A DNA stretch of 42,342 nucleotides from Thermoanaerobaculia bacterium. GTDB taxonomy: Bacteria; Acidobacteriota; Thermoanaerobaculia; Multivoradales; JAHEKO01. The notes under the pieces are model-generated. The model had not been told where the DNA came from. It saw only the letters and a program-made list of their open reading frames with translations, and did not search any database. The position numbers were made by a program, and so were the translations under genes. The DNA is taken from assembly GCA_041575955.1 (NCBI GenBank), contig JBFGLX010000002.1, forward strand, positions 1 through 42,342, in the 5' to 3' direction. Shown piece after piece: positions 9,313 to 19,379 of this stretch (within the stretch, counting starts at the first letter, position 1; each line of letters begins with the position of its first letter).

Positions 9313-10362
9313 CTACCGGACTCTGCGCGAGAGCTCATGACGGAACTTCGACCACTGCCGGCGGCGAAGGGCGCGCCAGGCGGCTCGCCACCGGAGCCGC
9401 CGCCGGTAGCGGGGCGAGGAGAACGCGGCGGCGGTGTGGCGGAGCAGCGCGAGGCCGTCGGCGCCGGCGGCGGTTGGCTCGCCGGCCTCGAGCGCCCGGC
9501 AGAGCGCCGCCGCCGCGCCCAGCTCGCGCCGGGAGACCGAGCTTCGTACCCACGCGGCCCCTTCGTGCGGCAGCTCTCCCAGCGGGGCGTCGTCGATCGC
9601 CTCGCCCAGGTCGATCAGATCGCCGACCAGACGGGTCACCGGGTAGGCGGTCGGGCTGAGGCCATGCTGGTCGAGGGCGTGCGTCAGGGCATGGGCGGCT
9701 AGCAGCGCAGGCGCCGGCAGGTCGAGACCGTCGATGCCCGGGGCGGGGCGCAGCACACCCGCGCTGAGCAGATCCGCCACCGTGGCGGACCCCCCGCCGG
9801 CGACCGCGAGCCCCGGGATCTGCCGGTGAAGCTCGAGCTCGCCCAGCGACCGATCGGCCAGGGGCGGCAGGTGATGACGCTCTCCCGGCCCCGAGCGCCC
9901 GAAGCCGGACGCCTCGAGCGCCGCCTGAAGCTCGGCGGCGCGGTCGGCCTCGGCGAGCAGATCGACGTCGACCAGGGGCCGGCTGCCCCAGGCGGAGACG
10001 CCCGATTCGAGCAGCGCCATGCCCTTGAGCGCGACCAGACGGATTCCGAGCTCCACCGCCCGCGCGGCAGCCCGACGGGTCACCTCGCGCAGCAGGAGCG
10101 TTCGAGCCGCCAGCCCGGTGCGCGAGCGCCAGAGCGCGTCGACGATCTCGATCGGCAGCTCGCGCTCGGCGTCGGCACGCGGCAGCCGGCTCGCGATCCG
10201 CTCTCGCAGTGCCAGGACGCTCGCCCAGTGAAGCGCGAGCTCGGGCTGCCGGAGCTCGAACGGTCTCCCCGAAAGCGGGCCGAACGCCCGGGCGAGCGCC
10301 CAGTCGAGCTCGGCCGGGAGCTCGAATCCCGGCGGCCGGAAACGGAAGCTGTCGGGATGCAT
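9313..10362 (-). CDS. Nucleotidyltransferase family protein (PF14907/NTP_transf_5-like)
   Basis: Motifs are LVALKGMALLESGVSAWGSRPLVDVDLLA and HHLPPLADRSLGELELHRQIP. I preferred the ATG at 10362, which has GAGG 6 nt upstream. The TTG at 10431 would overlap the upstream gene by 41 nt. Confidence 0.7.
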   Translation of the reverse strand: MHPDSFRFRPPGFELPAELDWALARAFGPLSGRPFELRQPELALHWASVLALRERIASRLPRADAERELPIEIVDALWRSRTGLAARTLLLREVTRRAAARAVELGIRLVALKGMALLESGVSAWGSRPLVDVDLLAEADRAAELQAALEASGFGRSGPGERHHLPPLADRSLGELELHRQIPGLAVAGGGSATVADLLSAGVLRPAPGIDGLDLPAPALLAAHALTHALDQHGLSPTAYPVTRLVGDLIDLGEAIDDAPLGELPHEGAAWVRSSVSRRELGAAAALCRALEAGEPTAAGADGLALLRHTAAAFSSPRYRRRLRWRAAWRALRRRQWSKFRHELSRRVR

Positions 10363-10390
10363 GAGACGCCTCGGCGCGGCCCTGAACCCG

Positions 10391-11535
<1,145 letters not shown>

Positions 11536-11539
<4 letters not shown>

Positions 11540-12153
11540 CGTGCCGGCACTCCCTTGACGCTGGCGCCGGCGGCCACGTCGCGCACCACCGCCGCGCCGG
11601 AGCCGACCACCGCCCAGTCGCCGATGGCCAGCCCGGGGAGCACCGAGCAGCCGATTCCCAGCAATGCCCCGGTACCGGCGGCGACGCCACCGGCGAGCCG
11701 CGCCCCGGGGGCGACGTGGACGAGGTCGCCGAGCGCGCAGTCGTGATCGACCGAGGCGGCGGTATTGACGATCGCGTGACGGCCGACGCTCGAGTCGGGC
11801 TGCAGGACGGCCCCGGCGAAGACCACGCTGCCGGCGCCCAGGCGCACGCTGTCGTGCACGACGGCGGACGGGTGCGCCACCGTCTGCCAGTCGAGCTCGA
11901 GCTCGGCCAGCTCGGTGGCGAGCTCGCCCCGCCGCCGGTTGTCGCCGATGGCGAGGACCGCGCGCCGAATCCCGAGCCGGGCCAGCTCCTCGGCCCATCC
12001 GACCACCTCGACCCCGAGGACCGTCGTGCCCCACAGCGCCCGGTCCCGGTCGAAGACCCCGGCGACCTCGCGACCGGCCGCCTTCAGGGTGGCGACCACC
12101 ACCTTCCCGTGGCCGCCGCCCCCGACCACCGCGACGCTGTCACCGCCGCTCAT
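11536..12153 (-). CDS. Sugar N-acetyltransferase, NeuD/PglD-like (left-handed beta-helix)
   Basis: The start is MSGGDSVAVVGGGGHGKVV, with the ATG at 12153 overlapping the upstream stop (ATGA). Hexapeptide repeats are visible: VGRHAIVNTAASVDHDCALGDLVHVAPGARLAGGVAAGTGALLGIGCSV. Confidence 0.85.
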
Positions 12154-12797
12154 CCGCGATCTCCGGGTACGCCGGGGAAGCGGGGCATGGTGGCGTGCCC
12201 GGAGGCACTGACGCCGTCGCCGCTGACGATCTTCCAGAGCGTAATGAAGAGGATCTTGAGGTCGAGCCACAGACCTACCCGATCCACGTACCAGACGTCC
12301 ATCTCCAGGCGCTCGCGCCATGACGTTTCGTTGCGGCCGTTGATCTGCGCCCAGCCGGTGATGCCGGGCCGCACCTCGTGGCGCCGCGACTGCTCCGCGC
12401 TGTATCGCTCCAGGTACTCCTCGAGCAGCGGCCGCGGCCCCACCAGGCTCATCTCGCCCCGCGCGACGTTGACCAGCTCCGGCAGCTCATCCAGCGACCA
12501 GCGGCGCAGGCGGCGGCCGAGCGGCGTCAGCCGGCGGTCGTCCGCAAGCAGGCGGCCGCGATCGTCCCGCTCGTCGGTCATCGTGCGGAACTTGAAGAGG
12601 GTGAAGATACGCCCGTCCCGCCCCGGCCGGCGCTGCCGGAAGAGGACCGGCGCGCCCAGGCGGAGACGCACCAGGCCGGCGATGGCCAGCAGCAGCGGCA
12701 GGAGCAGCACGAGCCCCACGATCGACAGCAGTAGGTCGAGGATCCGCTTGCCAAGGGCGCGATAGAAACCCGGCATCGTCTGACCTGCATTATCCAC
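12150..12797 (-). CDS. Undecaprenyl-phosphate sugar phosphotransferase, small PglC/WbaP-C-type
   Basis: It has a single N-terminal hairpin helix (ILDLLLSIVGLVLLLPLLLAIAG). Family motifs are FTLFKFRTM, LDELPELVNVARGEMSLVGPRP and PGITGWAQINGRN. The GTG is at 12797; an alternative ATG is at 12776. Confidence 0.9.
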   Translation of the reverse strand: MDNAGQTMPGFYRALGKRILDLLLSIVGLVLLLPLLLAIAGLVRLRLGAPVLFRQRRPGRDGRIFTLFKFRTMTDERDDRGRLLADDRRLTPLGRRLRRWSLDELPELVNVARGEMSLVGPRPLLEEYLERYSAEQSRRHEVRPGITGWAQINGRNETSWRERLEMDVWYVDRVGLWLDLKILFITLWKIVSGDGVSASGHATMPRFPGVPGDRG

Positions 12798-13965
12798 GAG
12801 TCTCGCCGCCTTCCGGCTCCCCGAGCAGTCGCGCGTACTCGGTCTCGAGCGCCCGCCAGACCCGCTCGGGACGGTAGCGATCGGCCACCCGCTGGTGAGC
12901 GGCGCAGCCGTGCCGCCGCGCCAGGTCGCCGTCCTCGAGATAGCGCACCAGGGCGCGCGCGAGATCGTCGCTCTTTCCGGGCTCGATCAGGGCGCCGGTA
13001 ACCCCGTCCTCGATCGCGTCGACGGTGCCGGTCACCCGGTAGCCGACCGTCGGCACCCGCGCCGCGGCGGCCTCGAGCGGCGCGTTGGGCATGCCCTCGC
13101 GATACGAGGGGAAGGCCAGAACGTCCATCAGCGGATAGTAGGGCGCCGGGTCGTCGACCCGCCCGAGGCCGAGCACCCGCCCGTCGTCCGAGATCCAGCG
13201 ACGGGTCGCCGCCGACACCCGGTCGCCCGCCTCGTGCCCGCCGATCAGCAGGAGACGGGCCTCCGGCAGCGCGGTCTCGATCCGGGCGAACGCCGCCCGG
13301 AGGTCCTCCACCCCCTTGTCGCGGGTCAGCCTGCCGACGAAACCGACCACCGGCGCGCGCCCGAGATCGAGCTCGCGGCGCAGCCGGTCGGTGACCGTCG
13401 GCGGCGTCTCGGCGAAGCGCGCCAGATCGACGCCGTTGGAGGAGCCGTCGGCCAGCACGGTCGCGGCCTCCGGCCGGCAGAGGCGCAGCTCCACACACCT
13501 CCGGCGCAGGCTCTCGCTGACGCAGACGACCCGGTGGGCGCCGGCGCAGGCGAGCCGCTCGGTCACGGTCAGCGCCCGGTGGCGGAGCCCCGAGGTGGTC
13601 TCGAGCCGCAGTCCGCGCAGGGTGTAGATGCGAGCCGGGACCCGCGCCAGCCGGGCGGCGGTGATGCCCAGAACGCCGGCCTTGGGCGTGCTGGCGTTGA
13701 CGATGTGCGGCCGTAGCCGGCGCAGCTCGCGGGCGATCCGGAAGAGCGAGATCAGGTCGGCGGCGGGAGAGATCTCACGCGCCATCGGGATCCGGCGTAC
13801 GCTGTAGGCGGGGTCGGGCTCGGTGGTGGCGGGCTCGTCGGCGGTGGAGGTCACCAGGGTCACCTCGAAGCCGCGCTGCCGCATCCACTCGAGCTGGCCG
13901 CGCAGCAGCAGACGGGAAGTCATCGGGTGGGTGACCAGGTAGACCAGTCGGCCGCGGCCGGGCAT
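12790..13965 (-). CDS. Family 4 glycosyltransferase
   Basis: The start is MPGRGRLVYLVTHP, with the ATG at 13965 sharing 1 nt with the upstream stop (TGATG). The C-terminal motif is DVLAFPSYREGMPNAPLEAAAARVPTVGYRVTGTVDAIEDGVTGALIE (EX7E type). Confidence 0.85.
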   Translation of the reverse strand: MPGRGRLVYLVTHPMTSRLLLRGQLEWMRQRGFEVTLVTSTADEPATTEPDPAYSVRRIPMAREISPAADLISLFRIARELRRLRPHIVNASTPKAGVLGITAARLARVPARIYTLRGLRLETTSGLRHRALTVTERLACAGAHRVVCVSESLRRRCVELRLCRPEAATVLADGSSNGVDLARFAETPPTVTDRLRRELDLGRAPVVGFVGRLTRDKGVEDLRAAFARIETALPEARLLLIGGHEAGDRVSAATRRWISDDGRVLGLGRVDDPAPYYPLMDVLAFPSYREGMPNAPLEAAAARVPTVGYRVTGTVDAIEDGVTGALIEPGKSDDLARALVRYLEDGDLARRHGCAAHQRVADRYRPERVWRALETEYARLLGEPEGGETRG

Positions 13966-14735
13966 CAGCGCGCGAGCCTCCGCAGGCCCGCGGCCGCCCA
14001 CTCCTCGAGCCAGACCGAGCTCTCGAGCATCGGCGTGAGCGACCACGGCATGTCGCGCCGCAGAGGCAAGCGCGAGAGGCGGTAGCGATCGAAGTGGCCG
14101 GGCCGGTTGCGCCGCCCGCCGGCGGCGACCGCGCTGTCGTAGGTCTGGGCCGCCAGCGCCTTGACCCGCGGCGACCAGAGCGCCCTGGGGTAGCAGAACG
14201 AGGTCACGGCGTTGCCGGTCTCCCGCTCCAGCCGCCGCCGCGATCCGTCGAGCTCTTCGCGGCAGACCCGGTCGGAGAGCCGCCGCAGGTCGGGGTGGCT
14301 CGAGCTGTGGGATCCGATCGTCACCAGGCCGGACGCGGCCACCTCGCGGATCTGCTCCCAGCTCATCGCGGGCAGGTGCTCCGCGCCGGCGAGCGGCGCC
14401 GGCGCCGAGCCGTCGACGAAGCCGACCGGCACGTAGAGCACCGCGGGCAGCCGCCGCTCCCGAAGCAGCGGCCAGGCGACCTCGTAGAAGTTGCGGAAGG
14501 CGTCGTCGAAGGTCAAGGCGATGCGATGGTCGCGGTCGCGGCGGCCTGCCGCGAGCCGTTCTAGCGCCCGGCTCAGCGGCAGCACCCGGCCGCTCGCCGC
14601 AAGCTCGTCGAGCTGCGTCCGGAAGGCGTCCGCGGGCAGGTCGACCGCCGCCTTTGTTCCGGCTCCGACGAGGTGGTAGGCGAGGATGGTGATGCCGCCC
14701 GTGGCCGCCGGCAGGGCCCGGTTGAGGGTACGCAA
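13965..14735 (-). CDS. Polysaccharide deacetylase (NodB-homology) family protein
   Basis: This is the C-terminal part of ORF 13965..16940. Motifs are ITILAYHLV, RIALTFDDAFRNFYEVAWPLL, PAVLYVPVG and IGSHSSSHPDL. The start is uncertain. The TTG at 14735 is the first standard start codon after the upstream stop at 14756-14758. Confidence 0.75.
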   Translation of the reverse strand: MRTLNRALPAATGGITILAYHLVGAGTKAAVDLPADAFRTQLDELAASGRVLPLSRALERLAAGRRDRDHRIALTFDDAFRNFYEVAWPLLRERRLPAVLYVPVGFVDGSAPAPLAGAEHLPAMSWEQIREVAASGLVTIGSHSSSHPDLRRLSDRVCREELDGSRRRLERETGNAVTSFCYPRALWSPRVKALAAQTYDSAVAAGGRRNRPGHFDRYRLSRLPLRRDMPWSLTPMLESSVWLEEWAAAGLRRLAR

Positions 14736-14755
14736 CAGCGCGCGGCCGAGTCGGT

Positions 14756-16060
14756 CTATCGGCGCGCCCAGAGCCGCTCCCTTTCCGGGGGTGACGGGTC
14801 GTCGCCTCGGGTCGCGCCGCGCGCCTCGAGCGGGGCGATCGCGGGCGCCGCAGCCGCCCGTGGGCGGCGCGTGAACAGAGCGGCCGACCCGAGCAGCAGG
14901 AAGAGGAACGCGAACAGCGGGCTGCGCTGGCGGGCGATGATCCCCAGGTTGCCGAAGGTCAGGCCGATCATCAGCGTGTAGCCGAGCAAGAACGGCAGGG
15001 CGAACTGCAGCAGGCGGTGGCGGCGCCAGTAAACCAGGCCGATGCGTAGATCGCGGCGGTGCCGGAAAATGAAGAACCAGAGCAAGCCGATCTCGAGGCC
15101 CGACAGCAGGGCCATCGTGTTGTGTATGTCCCAGGGGAAGGGCCGCATCCAGATGTTGACGAAGGCCATGGGCACGGCGGTGATGCCCGATGGTACCGCG
15201 CCGAGGCTGCTGCCGCCGAGCAGGGTCTGCTGCGCCCGGTAGGAGACGAACTCCTGTATGCCCTCGAGGTCGGCGTCGATCAGGCCGAACTCGGCGCTGA
15301 GCAGGCGGAAGGTCGCCACCAGCACCGTGGCCAGGACCAGCGTCTGCAGCAGCCGGCCCGGCGTCAGCCGGCGCCAGGAGGCGAGCCAGAGACCGATCCC
15401 GGTGGCCGCGACCAGCGCCAGCGCGACGTGGGGCCGGATCGAGAACGTGACCCCCAGGCCGGCCAGGTAGGGGAGCCAGCGAACTCGTTCGCCGTCGCCC
15501 GCGAAGCCGAGGAAGACCAGGCCCATGGCGAAGACGATGACCGACTCCTTGCCGACGCTCGAGGGCCAGAACCAGAGCGACGGCCAGAGCCAGATGAGTG
15601 TCGCAAAGGCGATGCCGGCGCGCGACCCGGCGAGGCGATAGACCGCCAGCGCCATCATGTAGAGTCCGGCGAAGGCGAGCAGCGAAAAGACCAGGAACTC
15701 GCCGCGCATGGTCGGGCCGATGGCGGCCAGCACCACGCCCGAGAGATTGCGCAGCGCCGAGGTGCCCCACCAGACCCGGTCGCCGCCCAGCCACTGGTCG
15801 GCCGAGAAGACGGTGAAGTCCAGCTCCCAGACCTTGCGGGCCAGAATCCAGCCGGCGCCGTAGTAGCCGCTGGCGTCGCCCACGCCGTCGTAGAGGCGCT
15901 GGAGCACTTCGTAGCGGGCGGTGCTCCCGACGATGCGGAGTGCCACCGCGCCCAGGAACAAGCGCTGTGGAAAGGGGAAGCTCGCGCGGCTGCTGAGCGC
16001 CCATGCGAGCACCATCGCGAGCGCGCCGATCAGGAGGAAGCCGAGCAGGTCGTAGCCCAT
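14756..16060 (-). CDS. Polytopic membrane protein, putative Wzy/EpsG-like polysaccharide polymerase
   Basis: 434-aa ORF starting at the ATG at 16060, with about 10-12 hydrophobic helices. Its position inside the glycosyltransferase operon fits a polymerase. I recognised no soluble-domain motif, so the function is inferred from context. Confidence 0.55.
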   Translation of the reverse strand: MGYDLLGFLLIGALAMVLAWALSSRASFPFPQRLFLGAVALRIVGSTARYEVLQRLYDGVGDASGYYGAGWILARKVWELDFTVFSADQWLGGDRVWWGTSALRNLSGVVLAAIGPTMRGEFLVFSLLAFAGLYMMALAVYRLAGSRAGIAFATLIWLWPSLWFWPSSVGKESVIVFAMGLVFLGFAGDGERVRWLPYLAGLGVTFSIRPHVALALVAATGIGLWLASWRRLTPGRLLQTLVLATVLVATFRLLSAEFGLIDADLEGIQEFVSYRAQQTLLGGSSLGAVPSGITAVPMAFVNIWMRPFPWDIHNTMALLSGLEIGLLWFFIFRHRRDLRIGLVYWRRHRLLQFALPFLLGYTLMIGLTFGNLGIIARQRSPLFAFLFLLLGSAALFTRRPRAAAAPAIAPLEARGATRGDDPSPPERERLWARR

Positions 16061-16075
16061 GACGTCTGGCTCGGG

Positions 16076-17101
16076 CTAGAAGATCTCCAGATCGCCGACC
16101 GACAGCTGCCAGCAGTCGCTGGCGAGCTCGGCGTCGCCGAGACGGCTGCCGGTCAGGGGGCGGATCATCAGCGACGGTCCCGAAGGCGCGCGCCGGAACT
16201 TCGCCGCCCGCAGGGCGGTCGCCTCCGTCGATCCGCTGGGCGCCGCCGCCACTAGATAGTCGATGTCGCACTCCGCTTGGAGCCGCTCGATCAGCGATGC
16301 GAGCAGGCGCTGCCGCTCGGCGCCCTCGCCCCGCTCCAGGATCTCGCTGATCAGGAGCTCTCTCATCGACCGGCGCATCCGGGTGCGAAAGACGATCGCC
16401 GTCGACGCGTCGCCGGCGGCCGTCCACAGGCTCCGGTACTCGACTCCGGGGATCTCCGCATAGCGCCAGCGCAGGTAGTCGCGGTCTCGAGGGGTGTGGA
16501 GCCGCGTCTGCCAGCCCCGATCGTACTCCGAGAGCAGAGTGTCGAGCTGTGACCACTGCAGCAGGTCGCCGACCGGCGGCAGAGCGCTCAGATCCGCCAC
16601 CGGCCGCGCCCGATCGCCGCGCAGCGCGGCGCCCGCCATCCGCAGCGGTTTGAGCGGCCGCACGAAAAGCGCGGGCTTGAGGGCTGGGCGCCAGCCCAGC
16701 TTGCGGTAGCCGGCGCCGCTTCGCCGGTTGGGAGTGTTGAAGACGAAGTCGCAGCCGTCCGCGGTGAGGCTTTCGAGCGACTCCCGGGTCAGCCGCCAGA
16801 AGATCCCCCGGCGCTGCCAATCGGGATGCGTGGCAGTGTCGACGGCGCGGACGGCTTCGAGCAGCCGCTCTCCGAGCCGCCAGCGCCAGCGCAGGAAGGT
16901 CCGGAGTCCCACGATGCGCTCGCCGGCCAGCGCCACCCATGAGGGCGAGACTCCGAACGGATTCGCCCGATGCTTCCAGTCCCAGAACTCGGCGGTGCGC
17001 GGAGTGCTGCCGGGGCCGAGCGCCGACTGGAGGAGGTCCAGGATCGGCTCGCGGTCGTCGCGAGTCGCCTCGCGGACGGTGATCTCGTTGGCGTCGCTCA
17101 T
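16076..17101 (-). CDS. GNAT-family acyl/acetyltransferase
   Basis: The start is MSDANEITVREATRDD, with the ATG at 17101 overlapping the upstream stop (ATGA). The GNAT core is ERIVGLRTFLRWRW...VRAVDTATHPDWQRRGIFWRLTRESL. Confidence 0.75.
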   Translation of the reverse strand: MSDANEITVREATRDDREPILDLLQSALGPGSTPRTAEFWDWKHRANPFGVSPSWVALAGERIVGLRTFLRWRWRLGERLLEAVRAVDTATHPDWQRRGIFWRLTRESLESLTADGCDFVFNTPNRRSGAGYRKLGWRPALKPALFVRPLKPLRMAGAALRGDRARPVADLSALPPVGDLLQWSQLDTLLSEYDRGWQTRLHTPRDRDYLRWRYAEIPGVEYRSLWTAAGDASTAIVFRTRMRRSMRELLISEILERGEGAERQRLLASLIERLQAECDIDYLVAAAPSGSTEATALRAAKFRRAPSGPSLMIRPLTGSRLGDAELASDCWQLSVGDLEIF

Positions 17102-18222
17102 CGGCCGAGGACCTCCTGGTAGAGCGCTTCCAACCCTCGCTGCATGGCGCGGGAGGAGAAGTTCGCGGTCACTGCTTCGACGGCCGCGCTCGCCATCTGG
17201 CGGCGCCGTTCGGGCGCCCCGAGCAGCTCCGCCGTCGCCGCCGCGAGCCGGCCGGCATCGGCATCCTCGACCAGCAGGCCGGTGCGGCCGTCGATGACCG
17301 CCTCGGGGATGCCGCCGACGGCGGTGGCGACCACCGGCACGGCCGCCGCCATCGCCTCCAGCAGCACCAGCGGCAAGCCCTCGAAGCGCGACGAGATGAG
17401 CAGGACATCGAGCGCCGAGAGCGCCGGGCGCACGTCCTCCAGCAGTCCGGTGAAGCGGACCGCGCCTCCGAGGGAGAGGGCGGTGGCGCGCGCCTCGAGC
17501 GCCCGACGCTCGGGCCCGTCGCCGACCAGCACGAACCGGCAGTCCGGCACCCGCCGGCGCAGCTCGGCGGCGGCCTCCAGCCAGAGGTCGAGACGCTTCT
17601 CCGGGCGAAAGACGGCGATCTGGCCCACCAGCGGCGCCAGGGGATCGATTCCCAGCCGCTCTCGAAAGCTCCGGGCCGCCTCCGGATCGCGCACCAGCTC
17701 TTCGACCGGCACTCCGTTTCGGACCACGCGGATCGGCACGCGGTCGCCCACGTTCCGTCGCAGCGACTCCTCGACCGCGCTCGAGACCGCGATCACCTGT
17801 CGCTGCAGCCGCCAGGTCGCCCGGTTGGCCCGCCGGCTCCACGGGTGGTGGCGCTCCTGCAGGTTGTGCTCGGTGTAGACCACCGGCAGGCCGGCGCGCC
17901 GGCCCGCTAGCCGGGCGACCGCGGCGCTCAGCGGCAGGTGTGCGTGGATCAGGTCGATCCGGCGTTGCCGCATCAGGCGGGCGAGCCGGCCGACCGAAAG
18001 CGCCATGCCGAGGGGACCGCGTGCCCGGATCAGGGTGACCTCGCCGCCCAGGCCGCGCAGCACGCCGGCCAGGGCTCCCTTCCGTTCGAGGAAATAGACG
18101 TAGCTGAGGCGGAAGCGGTCGCGATCGACATGGCGCTCGCCTTGCTCCAACAGCCTCTCGGCGCCGCCCCGTCCGAGCCCCTTGATCACGTGCAGCACGT
18201 GAATCCGATCCTCCGGAGTCAA
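17098..18222 (-). CDS. Family 4 glycosyltransferase
   Basis: 374 aa. The TTG at 18222 overlaps the upstream stop (TTGA). Motifs are RIHVLHVIKGLGRGGAERLL and the C-terminal DVLLISSRFEGLPLVLLEAMAAAVPVVATAVGGIPEAVIDGRTGLLVE. Confidence 0.88.
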   Translation of the reverse strand: MTPEDRIHVLHVIKGLGRGGAERLLEQGERHVDRDRFRLSYVYFLERKGALAGVLRGLGGEVTLIRARGPLGMALSVGRLARLMRQRRIDLIHAHLPLSAAVARLAGRRAGLPVVYTEHNLQERHHPWSRRANRATWRLQRQVIAVSSAVEESLRRNVGDRVPIRVVRNGVPVEELVRDPEAARSFRERLGIDPLAPLVGQIAVFRPEKRLDLWLEAAAELRRRVPDCRFVLVGDGPERRALEARATALSLGGAVRFTGLLEDVRPALSALDVLLISSRFEGLPLVLLEAMAAAVPVVATAVGGIPEAVIDGRTGLLVEDADAGRLAAATAELLGAPERRRQMASAAVEAVTANFSSRAMQRGLEALYQEVLGR

Positions 18223-19379
18223 GCCGAGGCCTCCCGGACCCGCCGTCCGAGCGCTTCGCGGTAAAAGGCTTCGTGCGCCTCGGCAGCCGCCTCGATCGAA
18301 AGCGAGCTCTGTCGCGAGTGTCGCGCCGCCTGATCACCCATGCGCCGGCGGCGCTCGGGATCGGCGAGCAGGTCGAACAGCGCCCGCGTGAGGGCCGGGG
18401 CGTCGTCGCATTCGACCAGCAATCCGGTCTCGCCGTCGAGCACCACTTCGTCGGTCGCGCCTGCCCGGGTCGCGACCATCGCGCGGCCGGCGGCGGCCGC
18501 TTCGCGGAGGATGCCGGGCACGCCTTCGGTATCGCTCGTGAGGGCGACCAGGTCGCTGGCCGAGAGGAGGTTGCCGATATCGGCGCGCGCGCCGAGGAAG
18601 CGCACGTTGTCGCCGATGCCCAGCTCGTCGGCCAGACCGCGCAGGGTGGCGTCGAGGTCGCCGCCGCCGGCGATCCACAGAGTCGCGGTCGGCAGCCGGC
18701 GGAGGCCGGCGGCGAAAGCGCGTAGCAGCCGATCGACGCGCTTTTCGGGAGCGAGGGCGCCGGCGTAGAGCGCCACCGCGGAGTCGAGCGCCGTGTCGAG
18801 CTCGTCGCGCACCGCTTCGCGGCTGGCGGTCGGCTCGAGTCGGCGCCGGTCGACGCCCCGGGGAATCCAGCGGACGACCCGAGCGTTCGGGCACAACCGC
18901 TCGAGCTCCGGCACGAAGCGCCTGGCGACCGTGACGACAGCCGTCACGCTCGGGAAGATCCAGCGTGAGTAGAGCCAGCGCCGCGGCGCTCCCCGGACCC
19001 AGACCCCCGGTTGGCCGATGCTGCTGTAGACGAACAGCGGTCGCGCGCCGCTGCGGTCGAGCGCCAGCGCGAGCGCCGCGTACCTGATGGTCTTGCCGCC
19101 GCTGACCTGCAAGACGTCCGGTCGGAAATCGGCGAGCGCTCGCCGCAGCCTCCAGATGATCCCGGGGTCCCAGCCCAGCAGGCGCTCGGGCCACCGCCCG
19201 TGCCCGCGGCCCAGGTGAATCTCGGCCGGCGCCGGCGGCAGACCCTGGTCTCCGGAGGGCAGGTAGAGGTAGATCTCCAGCAGTTCGTGACCGCGCCGGC
19301 CGAGCTCCTCGGCCAGTTGACGCGAAAAGATCTCGCCCCCGCGACGTTGGGACCTCGGATTGAGCAGCGCGACCCTCAC
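18219..19379 (-). CDS. Family 4 glycosyltransferase
   Basis: This is the C-terminal 386 codons of ORF 18219..20585. The GTG at 19379 overlaps the upstream stop (GTGA). Motifs are VRVALLNPRSQRRGGEIF and DLVALTSDTEGVPGILREAAAAGRAMVATRAGATDEVVLDGETGLLVE. Confidence 0.85.
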   Translation of the reverse strand: MRVALLNPRSQRRGGEIFSRQLAEELGRRGHELLEIYLYLPSGDQGLPPAPAEIHLGRGHGRWPERLLGWDPGIIWRLRRALADFRPDVLQVSGGKTIRYAALALALDRSGARPLFVYSSIGQPGVWVRGAPRRWLYSRWIFPSVTAVVTVARRFVPELERLCPNARVVRWIPRGVDRRRLEPTASREAVRDELDTALDSAVALYAGALAPEKRVDRLLRAFAAGLRRLPTATLWIAGGGDLDATLRGLADELGIGDNVRFLGARADIGNLLSASDLVALTSDTEGVPGILREAAAAGRAMVATRAGATDEVVLDGETGLLVECDDAPALTRALFDLLADPERRRRMGDQAARHSRQSSLSIEAAAEAHEAFYREALGRRVREASA

